Source: Malacoraja senta
Lineage: Eukaryota
Assembly: GCA_038087875.1 (NCBI GenBank)
Contig: CM075992.1
Span: forward strand, 10,170,001-10,234,000
DNA length: 64,000 nucleotides
Reading direction: 5' to 3'
The first letter of the stretch is position 1, and each line of letters starts with the position of its first letter. Below, piece after piece: positions 1-12,600 of the stretch. The notes under the pieces were generated by a model. The model saw nothing but the letters and a program-made list of their open reading frames with translations. It did no database searches and was not told where the DNA came from. The position numbers and the translations under genes are program-made.

Positions 1-290
1 TATGCGGTGTGGAATTCTGATGAATTTCATTGCAATAATAACTTACACAAGACACTAATCTAATCTGACCATTGTTCCCTGAAGAAGGGTCTCGACCCGA
101 AACATCACCTATTTCCTTCGCTCCATAGATGCTGCCGCACCCGCTGAATTTCTCCAGCATTTTCTCTACCTTCTTATTGTTTCCACTAAAATATCTGCCC
201 TTGTGATATGAATCATTCCGCAAAGACAAACTGTGATGGATTCTAAAATGTTTAATGTTTATGTTAAAATACGGCCTCTCCTCTCTCAAG

Positions 291-468
291 GCGCTCAGTA
301 ATTTCTCGCAGTCGGTGTTGGCCAGCCCGGAGGAATGGGGCCGCCTGGAGAAGAAGCAGCAGCAGGCAGCGCTTGGCCACTTGCTGCAGGCCATGGAGGT
401 TGTCATCGCCGACGCAGCCCTCAACCTACTCCGCAACAACAAGACGCGCTATTCGTCGTCCACCATCG
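291..468 (+). CDS. ADGRE-like exon (GAIN subdomain A) ALSNFSQSV...TRYSSSTI
   Basis: ctctctcaag| acceptor, |gtaagg donor, phase 0->1. Confidence 0.85.
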
Positions 469-3400
469 GTAAGGGACACCCCGCACTCCACATCTCTTTC
501 CCTCCGAACCCCATTCTCCCGCCTTCTCCCCACAGTGGCGCAGCAGTAGAATTGCTGCCTTGCAACGCCGGAGACCTGGGTTCACCTATACAACATCTGT
601 CCATTCTTATCTGTACAACTTCTTTCCATTCTTATCTGTACAACATCTGTCCATTGATTGACCTGTCCACCATCTCTCTGTTGACGCAATGTGTAGAAAA
701 GAACTGCAGATGCTGGTTTAAATTGAAGATAGACACAAAATGCTGGAGTAACTCAGCGGGACAGGCAGCATCAGTCTGAAGAAGGGTCTCGACCCCCAAA
801 CGTCACCCATTCCTTCTCTCCAGAGATGCTACCTGTCCCACTGAGTTACTCCAGCGTTTTGTGTCTATCTTCACCGTTGACTCACCTGTCCACCATCTCA
901 CTGTTGACTCACCTGTCCAACTTCTCACCACATGTAACCTGTCCCCTTTGCCCGCAGCGGTTGATATGGCTTCTCTTCAGAAGGACAAAGTGACGGAGAG
1001 ATCCATCATCTCCCTGACCGCCTACCGCAGCGTCTTGGTGGCTCGCTCCCTCTCGCTGCTGGGACAGGACAATCACGGTACCTGCCCGCTCTCCTTACCC
1101 AGTCCGCGGGGCTAAGGGCAGCCTGCCAGCCTTCCCCTGGGTCGGATAGTTGGGAGTCAGATGAGGGGGGACCTCATTGAAACACACATAATAATGAAAG
1201 GCCTGGATAGAGTGGATGTGGAGAGGATCTTCCCACTAGTGGGAGAGTCTAGGAATAGAGGTCACAGCCTCAGAATTAAAGGACGTACTTTTCGGAAGAT
1301 GAGGAAGAATTTCTTTAGTCAGAGGGTGGTGAATCTGTGGAATTCTTTGCCACAGAAGGCTGTGGTGGCCGTCAGTGGATATTGTTAAGGCACAGATAGA
1401 GATTCTTGATTAGTACGGGTGTCAGAGGTTATGGGGAGAACGGGGTTAGGAGGGAGAGATACATCAGCCATGATTGAATGGCGGAGTAGACTTGATGGGC
1501 TACTCCTATCACTTATGACCTTTTGATCTTCTATCCTGGGACGGCCCTGAGCTGCTCTGCTCCCCGGGAAGTCCCATAATGCCGAGCCAGTGCACGCCAG
1601 AGCAGTGGAGTCCGCCATCACTGTTCACCCATGCCCAGGCCCCTGCTCTGACCACGCTGGACATCCGTGGGCTGTACCAGCTCGATGCTCCGGCTTGTTG
1701 CCGATTCAAAGACGGATGTTCCGGGTGGATACCAGGGACAGCTGTGACAGCCCAGGAAGGGAGGTTATGGAGGGGTTATGGAGGGGTTGAATAGTGGATG
1801 GAGGTTGATGGACCTCACAGCTCTGGAACGATGAGTTCTGGAGGTAAATGCAGGAACTTCATGGGAGTGGGGTGGGATGAGGTTTGATGAGGTGAGATGG
1901 GGTGGGTATGAGTGGGGATCAGGTGGTATGAGGCTCGATGAGGTGGGATGTGGTGGAATGAGGTGGGATTAGGTGGGATGAGTTGGGATGAGGTTGGGAT
2001 GGGGATGAGGTGGAATGATGTGGTAATCGAGTGGGGATGAGGTGGGATGAGGTTGAATGAGGTTTGCTGAGGTGGGAAGAGGTTTGGGGTTGAGCATGAC
2101 GTGGGATGGGAAGAGATGTGGATGGGGTGGGATGAGGTTTGATGGGGTGAGATGAGGTTAGTGAGTGGGGATGAGTAGTTTAGAGGTGGTAGTGCTTTCT
2201 ACTTAGAGCATAATCAGACTGTCCACCTTCCTCTCTCTCACACACGGGGTGGGACAGAGAACGCTCTCCTCATCTTCCTGGCTTACGGAGACCTGGAGAC
2301 CGTCGTGGAACCAACGTTGGCGCAGGAGGGAAGCAGAAACGTCTCCAGTGTGAAGTTCAATTCGAAGGTGGCGACGTTGACCAAAGTGGGCGGCCAGAGG
2401 CAGGGTCTGACATCAACCATCAACATCACCTTCAGTGTGAAGGAGGAGGTGAGCCCGCACTCAGCGGTGGGGCAAGGCAGACGGCAGTCGTGGCGGACCC
2501 TGAGATCCCTGCGCAATAAACCCATTCCACCACCTTCATCTATGCTTCCACCAGTGGGGGAGTCTAGGACCAGAGGCCACAGCTTCTGGCGGGTCGCGGT
2601 GGCGCAGCGGTAGAGTTGCTGCCTTACAGCGAATCAGCGCCGGAGACCCGGGTTCGATCCCCGACTGCTGGTGCCGTCTGTACGGAATTTGCACGTTCTC
2701 CCCAGTGACCAGCGTGGGTTTTCTCTGAGATCTTCTTTTCGGTTCCTCCTACACTCCAAAGACCTTCAGGTTTGTAGGTTAATTGGCTTGGTAAATGTAA
2801 AAATTGTCCCCAGTGTGTGTAGGATAGTATTAATGTGCGGGGATCGCTGGTCGGTGCGGACCCGGTGGGCCGAAGGGCCTGTTTCCACCCTGTATCTCTA
2901 AACTAAAAAAACTAAACTAAAGCTTCAGAGCAAAAGGATGAACCTTTAGAAATTAGAAAGTTAAAGTGAGAAATGTTGCTTTAGGTTTAGAGATTTAAGA
3001 TTGTGGAGCGATTGTAGTATGTGATTGTGGATCTTCTATGGGCCAGCACTCAAATGTGCTTCACACCCACCGTCCACATCTTTAGACACCCTGTGCGCAG
3101 GGGAGAGGTAGGGGGCTGAAGATGTCCTGGTTGGGCTGCTCCTGGGCCTGGCCATGCTGGCCATCCGCGAGTCACGGCGCCAGGTGGAAGAGGGCTCTGC
3201 CCGAGCCGGCTGCCTGCCCCTTTTCTGGGGTTACGTCCGCGCCCGGTTGGTGTTAGAGAGGGACTACGCGCTGTCCACTGGCACCTGGGGATATCCGGGA
3301 CCGCTGGGCACCGCGGGGGGTGGATTGCATCTTTAATAAGGATGGCGATATAGTTACTTGAAAATTCAGTGATTAGATAATTTGGTGCTTTTGTATTATG

Positions 3401-3596
3401 GTGCAGGGTGAATTACCGCTGGTTTGGTTAGTAAAATATTTTTTAATAATAATTGGATACATTATTTTTGATTTAAAAAAATATCGTTGCCTGGGTTGGG
3501 TGCTAGCTTTGGAAGCTTGTGCAATAAATCGATTCCAACACCTTCTGTTTCCACTGGTGGGAGAGTCCAGGACCTCACCGCATGGTAATAGAGTCA

Positions 3597-3627
<31 letters not shown>

Positions 3628-6600
3628 AGTGTGTGTGGGTGTGTGATAGTGTGCGTGAGTGTGAGTGTGGGTGTGTGATAGTGTGCGTGAATGTGAGTGT
3701 GTGTTTGTGAGTGCGTGTGAGTTTGTGTGAGTGCGTGCGAGTTTGTGTGTGAGTGCGTATGAGAGTATGTGTATGCATGTGTGAGAGTGTTTGTGAGTGT
3801 GTGCATGTGTGTGAGTGCGTGCGAGTGTACGTGTGAGAGTGTGTATATGAGTGTATGTGTGTGCATGTGTGTGTGCGTAAGGGAGGTGTAATACTCAGGT
3901 GTGCTTGCTTCCAGATTGACGATGGTGGCAATAGGAAGAGACTCTGTGGCACCTGGATGGGCAACGGCTGGGCAACACAGCAGGAGAGCAGCGGCAACAA
4001 GACTCACGCCACCTGTACCTACAACACCCTGTCCAGCTTTGCCTTGCTGCTGGCTCAGTACAAAATGGTGAGACGGGTGGAGAGCGGGCATGGAGCAGGG
4101 CATCGGGCAGCCGCTTGGGCCACGGTCCGGCAGCGCAGGAACACAGCCAGCAGGAACACGGGCGCAACACAGTGGAGTAGCTGGTAGAGTTGCTGCCTCA
4201 CAGCGCCAAAGACCCAGATTCAATCCTGACCTCCGGTGCTGTCCCTGTGTGGACAGTTTAGTTTAATTTAGTTTAGTACAGTTTAGTTTCTTTTAGTTTG
4301 GATTTGTTTCATTTCTTTTAGTTTAGTTTTAATTTATTTTACATTAGTTTAGTTTATTTTAATTTATTTTATTTTAGTTTAAATCATTTTATTTTAGTTT
4401 TGTTTCGTTTAATTAATTTCAGTTTAGTTGAGTTTAGTTTAATTTTGTTTTGTTTATTGTCACATGCCCCGAATAGCGTTTTTGTTGCGTGCTATCCAGT
4501 CGGTGCAAAGTCCTCACAAAAGTTTGCACGTTCACCCCGTGACCGCGTGGGTTTCCTCCTGGTGCTCCCGTTTCCTCCCACATCCAAAAGACGTGCGGGT
4601 TTGGAGGTTAATTGTAAATTGCCCCCGGTGTGTGAGATGTGAGAGTGGGATAACATAGAACTATTGCACAGGTGAGCGTTGACCCGGTTCGATCGTGACC
4701 TCGGTAAGCTCGCTCTGTGCAGTTTAGTTTAAATAAGTTTCATTTAGATTCGTTTTGTTCCGCTAGGTTCCATTTAATTTAGACCATAGACAAAAAGCCA
4801 TTCGGCCCTTCGAGCCAGCACCGCCACTCAATGAGATCATGGCTGATCATCCACAATCAGTATCCCGTTCCCGCCTTCTCCCCATAACCCCTGACTCTGC
4901 TATCTTTAAGAGCCCTATCTAGCTCTCTCTTGAAAGTATCCAGAGAACCGGCCTCCACCACCCTCTGAGACAGAGAATTCCACACTCACAACTGTGTGGA
5001 AAAGTGTTTCCTCATCTCTGTTCTAAATGGCTTACCCCCTTATTCTTAAACTGTGGCCCCTGGTTCTGGACTCCCCCAACATCGGGAACTTGTTTCCTGC
5101 CTCTAGCGTGTCCAAACCCTTAATAACTTTATAAATAAAACTCGAGTATACAATTTAGTTCAGTTTCATTTTATTTTGTTTCGTTTCATTTTGTTGCTTT
5201 TACAGTCACATGTCCCAAGGTACAGTGAAAAGCTTTTATGTTGCGAGCTATCCAGTCAGTTGACCATAGTCCACCGAGTCCACGCCGACCATTGATCACA
5301 TGTACACTAGTTCCATGTTATACCACTTTCGCAACCTACACTCCAGGGGCACATTGAGGAAGCCATTTAACCAACCAAGCGAGACACAAATTGCTGGAGT
5401 AACTCTGCGGGTCAGGCGGCATCTCTGAAGAAAAGAGCTAGGTGACGTTTCGAGTTGGGACCCTTCTTCAGATGTCCCGACCCAAAATGTCACCCATCCT
5501 TTTTCTCTGAAGATGCTGCCTGACCCGTTGAGTTACTCCACCACGTTGTGCCAATATAAACCAGCATCTGAGGAAGGATTTCGACCCGAAACATCACCAA
5601 TTCCTTTTCTTCAGAGATGCAGCCTGACCCACTGAGTTACTCCAGCATTCTGTGTCAATCTTCAGTGTAAACCAGCATTTGCAGTTCCTTCCTACACATG
5701 TCGTCTGAACTGCTGATACTGGTTTAGAAAATAACCTCGCAAAGTACTGGAAGGTAGACAAAAATGCTGGAGGAACTCAGCGGGTGAGACAGCATCTATG
5801 GAGCGAAGGAAATAGGCGACGTTTCGGGTCGAGACCCTTCTTCAGACTCACAAAGTACTGGGGTAATTTGGTGTGATTTGTGCTGCATTGTAAACTTGGA
5901 CCATTTACATTGCGGTTGCCTGACGTTGATCTGTATTGCCCTCAGGACCCGGTGCACAGTACCGCCCTCTGGTGGATCACTCTACTGGTGCTGCCCGTGT
6001 CTCTCCTCCTCCTCTTGCTGTCCGTAGCAACCTTCTTCTGGTGCAAGGCCATCCGCGGCCCCTACACGCTGATCCGAGCGCACCTCTGCCTCAACCTCTT
6101 CCTGGCCCAGCTGCTCTTCCTCATCAGCATGTCCATGAAACCGAAAACGGTAACGTGTGGGTGTCGGGTGGGTGTGGGGTGCATGTGGTGTGGGTGTGGG
6201 GTGAGGCGGGTGAGAGATGGATGTGGGGTGGATGGGTGAGGGGTGTGTAGTTGTTGGGCAGGGATGGGCAGGGGGCATGGAGTGTGTTGGGTTTGGGGGG
6301 GTGAGAGTGGGTGGGGATGGGTTGGCTGTTTGGGTGGGTGGCCTTGATTGGGTGGGGGTGTGGGATGGGTAGAGTAGATGAGGGGTGGGTGAAGGGTGGG
6401 TATTAGGTGGTCTCCAGTGGGCGTGTAGTGACCACTGCTGTCTCTGCAGATGGTGTGTGCGTTGGTGCTGGGTAGTATTCACTACCTGCTGCTGGTGGCG
6501 TTCATCTGGATGCTGCTGGAGGCCGTACACCTGTGGCTGATGGTGCTCAACCTGAAGGTGGTGAACTTCACCCGCACACGCGTGATGAAGCGGCGATACA

Positions 6601-9600
6601 TGTACCCTGCCGCCTACCTGTGCCCGGCGCTGGTGGTGGCCGTGGCAGCCTCTGTCAACCACGACGGCTACCGGAGACAAGACGGGTCAGTATGACATAC
6701 ACCGTCACACACAGTGACACACACCATCACACACAGTGACACACACCGTCACACACGGTGACACACATAGGGTCACACGTGGTGACACACTCCGCCACAC
6801 AGACTGAAGAAGAGTCTTGACCCGAAACGTCACCTATTCCTTCTATCCACAGATGCTGCCTGTCCGGCTGAGTTACTCCAGCTCTGTGTCTATCCAGTTT
6901 AAAGCAGCATCTGCAGTTCCTTCCTACATATACCTGTTTGTACTGTATGCTGCCTTTACAATCTCTGCTGCCCCAGCCACAGACTAGGCCCAACTCCTCC
7001 ATGCCCACCCAGACGTTCCATTCAAGCTGATGGAGCCTGTGGGAAGTACATCAGTCCACTCACCCTGATTGGTGCTAATATCATCATATGTAGGAAGGAA
7101 ATGCAGATGCTGGTTTAAACCGAAGATTGACAGAAAAATTTGGAGTAACTCAGTGGGGCAGGCAGTATCTCTGGAGAGAAGGAACAGGCAACGTTTCGGG
7201 TCGAGACCCTTGTTCAGCCTCAAATGCCACTTCAGAGACTGCATCTGAAGAAGGATCCCGACTTGAAACATCACCTCTCCATGTTCTCCAGAGATGCTGC
7301 CTGACCCGTTGAGTTATTTTGAGTCTATCTTGATTGCCGTTATCACCCTGGCTGTCAGAAGTTGTGATGCAAGACTTTAACAGAAGCCCCAGAAGATAAA
7401 GAAAATACTTATTACTTTTGAAAATCTCATTGATAGATGAATAAATGTTTCTTTACTTGCAGGTGTTGGCTGACTCTGGAGAAAGGATTTATCTGGAGTT
7501 TGTTAGGTCCGGTGTGCTTCGTGGTCCAGGTAAGGTTTGAAGGGGTGATACAATAGACAATAGAAAATAAGTGCAGTGGTAGGCCATTCAGCCCTTCAAG
7601 CCAGCACCGTCATTCAATGTGATCATGGCGCAGCGGTAGAGTTGCTGCCTCACAGCTCCAGAGACCCAGGTTCGATCCTGACCAGGGGTGCTGTCTGTAC
7701 GGAGTTTGTACATCCACTTCGTGACCTGCGTGGGTTTTCTCCGGGTGCTCCAGTTTCCTCCCACACTCCAAAGACGTACAGGTTTGTAGGTTAATTGGCT
7801 TGGTCTATGTGTAAATTGTCCCCTGTGTGTGTAGGATAGTGTCAGTGTGCAGGGATCGCTGGTCGGTGCGGACCCGGTGGGCCGAAGGGCCTGTTTCTGC
7901 GCTGTATCTCTAAACTAAACTAAACCTCCTGTAAAATCTTCACCAATTCTTTCTACACCATTTAAAGCAGCTCCATCTCCTCCTCACGATAGCTCCTGTC
8001 TTTTGGTCTGCTTTGGACTAAACCAGTACATTTCCTCCCTCTTTGGAAACTTGAATCCTCTTTTAACCCAGTCTGTTATTAGCTACTTGTTGCACAGAGA
8101 TTTTTTATTTTTCATCGTGGTGAAGTTTGCACCAAGTATGTCTATGAGTACCCTGGTGTCATGTTGAATGTTTCATTTGTGGACTGCTCCTCAGTCCATG
8201 TTTTACAGTCATAGAGTGATACAGTGTGGAAACAGGCCCTTCAGCCCAACTTGCCCACACTGACCAACATGTCCCATCTACACTAATCCCACCTGCCTGC
8301 GTGTGGCCCATATCCCTCAAAACCTGTCCTATCCATGTGGCTCCGTGTGTGTGTGTGAATGAGAGTGTGTGTGTGTATGCAAGTGTATGAGTGTGTGCAT
8401 GTGTGTGTGTATGAGTTTGTGTGTGTGAGTATGTGTATGAGTCTGAGTGAGTGTGTGTGAGTGCGGGTGTGTGTGCATGTGTGTGTGTGTATGAGTGTGT
8501 GTGTGCGGGTGTGTAGGAGTCTGAGTGTGTGTGAGTGCGTATGTGTGCGTGTGCATGTGTGTGCGTATGAGTGTGTGTGTGAGAGTGTGTATATGAGTCT
8601 GAGTATGCGTGTGAGTGCGTACGTGTGCATGTATGTGTGCTCGCGTGTGTGTGTATCTGTGTCAATAGACAATAGTCAATAGGTGCAAGAATAGGTCATT
8701 AGGTCCTTCGAGGTACACTGTGATCATGGCTAATCATCCACAATCAGTACCCCATTCCTGCCTTCTCCCCATATCCCCATGACTCCGCTATCTTTAAGAG
8801 CCCTATCTAGCTCTCTCTTGAAAGTATCCAGAGAACCGGCCTCCACCGCCCTCTGAGGCAGAGGTGGTGTCCGTACAGACAGCACCCGAGGCAAATTTGA
8901 GCCCGGGACTCTAGCGCTAAAAGGCAGCATTTCTACCGCTGCTACACCGTGCATAAATACAATCAAGCCAAACTCAAGGACAACAGTACGAGTGAAGAGA
9001 AAACTACCAGAGTGCAGAACATACTTTCTCAGCATTGTAGTGTAGCAGTTCCAGAGTGGGATTGGAAGATCACACAGTACCCTAGGTTATGGAAAGACTG
9101 TTAATTAGTCTGATAGCAGAGGGGAAGAAGCTGTTCCTGAGTCTGGTGGTAGGTGCTTTCATACAACACAGTACAGCACAAGAACAAGCCCTTCGGCCCA
9201 CAATGTCTATGCCAAACATGATGCCAACACCACCTCCTATCCACCTACGCAAGCTCCATATCCCTCCTTTCCCTCAGCATCCATTTGCCTGACCAAAAGC
9301 TTTTGTATCTTTTGTCTGACGGGAGTGTGGAGAATAAGGAAAGTGGAGGGTGGTGAATCTGTGGAATTCATTGCCACGGATGGTGGTGGAGGCCAAGTCA
9401 ATGGATATCTTCAAGGCAGAGATAGATAGATTCTTAATCAGTACGGGTGTCAGAGGTTATGAGAAGGCAGGAGAATGGGGTTAGGAAGGAGAGATAGATC
9501 AGCCATGTGTAGGAATGAACTGCAGATGCTGGCTTAAGCCGAAGGTAGACACAAAAAGCTGGAGTAACAGGCAGCATCTCAGGCAGCATCTCTGGAGAGA

Positions 9601-12600
9601 AGGAATGAGTGACATTTCGGGTCGAGACTGGTGGAGTGAGTCTGAAGAAGGGTCTCGACCGAAACATCGCCCATTACTTCTCGCCAGAGATGCTGCCAGG
9701 CCCGCTGAGTTAACCCCTGTCCGACTTAGGAAACCTGAACGGAAACCTCTGGAGACCTTGCGCTCCACCCAAGGTTTCCATGAGTCGCCAGAGGTTTTGA
9801 TCACTTGCCAGGAAAGCTTCGACCGAAGCGTGAGCTGCATCTACTGACCAAAGATCCCACAGGATCTTTGCTAGCGACCGCCCACACACACAAACACATC
9901 GCGAAGGTGGGGGCCAGGGACAGCGGAGGAGCGCTGTCTGCGTGATGAAGAGGAAGGTAAACGGCTGCCACAGAGCACGGTAAGGCATGGGGGGGGGGGG
10001 GGGAGAGCGCGGGGGGGAGGGAGAGAAGATGAAAGAAGGGGGGCGAAGGACAGAGAAGGGGAGAGAGAAGGGGAGGAGAAGTGGAGAGAAGGGGGGGAGA
10101 AGGGGAGAGAGAAGGAGAGAGAAGGGGGGGAGAAGGAGTGGAGACAGTTTTAAGAAGTTTAATAAAGTTAGCGGGCATTTTACCTTCCGGCGGTTCTTCT
10201 AGGTCCTGAAAACCATAGGATCTTTGCTGAAAACTCCAATGAACCAATCAAAATGGCTGGTCAGCGAAGGAGATTACCTTCGACTGCCTGTAAGTAAATA
10301 ACAACCCCACTCCACTGGCTTCGACCAAACGGCAACTATTTTTCGTCGAGGCCTCTTTTGAATTTGTTGAAATACTCGCAGGAACATAGAAGAGCCTCGA
10401 CTATGCGGAAACCACTTTCGACTATTAGGGAGAGTGACCAGAACCTCCGGGAACCTCATGGAAAGCTTGGGTGGGGCGCAATGTCTCCAGAGGTTTCCGT
10501 TCAGGTTTCCTAAGTGGGACAGGGGCTTTACTCCAGCATTTTGTGTCCATCTTCGATAGATCAGCCACGAATGAATGGCGGAGTAGACTTGATGGGCCGA
10601 ATGGCCTAATTCTGCTCCTATCAGATGAGCATGAAAGTTTATGAAGGAACGACTAGGGTGGGAAAGGTGTTTGGAAAAGTATTGGAGTTATCTGTATAAT
10701 TAAACGTATCATCTTGACCACTTCCTGTTTGCATTGCATATTGATTTTAGAAAAAACGCTACCACTTATGGCTGTAATTTTTGGCCATCTTACTCAGAGT
10801 CTCCCTCTGCTGCGGAGGCCAAGAGGATTTTTCCCATCGATCAAAAATAAAAGACCTATTAATGTTTTATTCTCTCTCCTGTCAATCATGCCATGAAGGC
10901 CACGCCCCTTCCGGTGGGAAGGACAATACAACCCGGAAGTGTGGGCGTGGCTCAGTCTCTGCAACATGGGGGAGTGAGAGGTCACGACTCTCTGTCTGAG
11001 CTGTGAATCAAGTGAACACACTATGGAAGTCAGGGGTAGACACTACTTTTCTATACAATCTGAAGTTAGGAAAATATGTTTCTGTACATCTCTGTCCCGT
11101 GGGGACTCAGTTAAACTGTGTAGATTGAGGTTGGGACACTGTGGGTTAAATTACTATTTGTGCATTGTAGGGAAACATGTTTCTGGCTTGTGTGAATGTG
11201 GGAGTAATGAGACAGTTAAGCATGTTTTCCTAGAATGTAAAAAGTATAGGGTAGAAAGAAAAGTATTATTTGTTAGACTGACAGGACTTGGAGTTGAGGC
11301 TTTTTCTGTTTTATCTTTGTTTGGACACAATGAGAAACATCAACTGATATCCAGGGCTGTTCTTCAATTCCTGCAAGTTACAGGACTGTATGTAAGAATT
11401 TAGTTCAAACTTTGACCTGTGGAGGGCAGTAATACGCTTAGCAGCGTCTGCCGGAATCCTACAAGAAGAAGAAGAAGAAGTGAACACACTGAATGTTAAC
11501 TGAACTGTGTGTGGTTTTTATGTGTTTTTATATGGTTTTGTGGTATTTTATGTTGGTTTTATGGTTGTTTCACCCTGCTTGAAATGGTATAAGTGCATTT
11601 TAATTTGGTGACCTTGCAGCCTACTTGAAATGGTATGAGATTGCATTTGAATTTGGTGGGCTTGCATCCCGCTTGAAATGCTATGAGACTGCATTTGAAT
11701 CTGGTGGCCTTGCACCCGGCTTGAAATGGTATGAGATTGCATTTCAATTTGGTGGCCTTGCACCCTGCTTGAAATGGTATGAGACTGCTTTTCAATTTGG
11801 GGGCCCAGTTGCAGCCTGCTTGAAATGGTATGAGACTGCATTTGAAATTGGTGGCCTTGCACCCTGCTTGAAATGGTATGAGACTGCATTCGAATATAGT
11901 GGCCATGCACCCTGCTTGAAATGGTATGAGACTGCATCGAATTTGTTGGGCGAGCACCCTGCTTGAAATGGTATGAGACTGCATTCAAATTTGGTGGGCG
12001 TGCACCCTGCTTGAAATGATATGAGACTGCATTTGAATTTGGTGACCGTGCACCCTGCTTGAAATGGTATGAGACTGCATTTGAATTTGGTGGCCTTGCA
12101 CTCTGCTTGAAATGGTATGAGACTGCATTTGAATCCGGTGGCCGTGCACCCTGCTTGAAATGGTATGAGACTGCATTTGAATTTGGTTGCCTTGCACGCT
12201 GCTTGAAATGGTATGAGACCCCATTTGAATTTGGTGGCCTTGCACCCTGCTTGAAATGTTATGAGACTGCATTTGAATTTGGTGGCCTGTCACCCTGCTT
12301 GAAATGGTATGAGACTGCATTTGAATTTAGTGGCCTGGCACCCTGCTTGAAATGGTATTTCAAGGAATAGCCATGAGTCAACTGCCAGCCAACCAGCCGT
12401 GAGTGAGTACGCTGCCAGCACACCATGCTCAGTGACTGAGCTCCCACTAGCCCTCTGGAAACCAGTCCATTCAGCCCACAACACCCATACTAGCGCTCCA
12501 GGACCCCCACTCCCACTGGCCACCAATATTGGAATTGGTGGAGAGGTGGAATATTGCGTTGGGGGACCAGCCCTACCGTGTGAGTCTAGTTGGAACTATA

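Noticed and set aside
2590..2665. tRNA gene
   Set aside because: A/B boxes are SINE heads followed by the V-SINE body; no complete cloverleaf.
3575..4223. Long His/Thr-rich minus-strand ORFs (also 8159-8672)
   Set aside because: Translations of (CA)n microsatellite and antisense shadows of real exons.
11548..12370. Repetitive ORFs and CRISPR-like appearance of the 48-bp array
   Set aside because: Head-to-tail units with no unique spacers and no cas genes, in a eukaryotic intron; ORFs arise because 48 is a multiple of 3.
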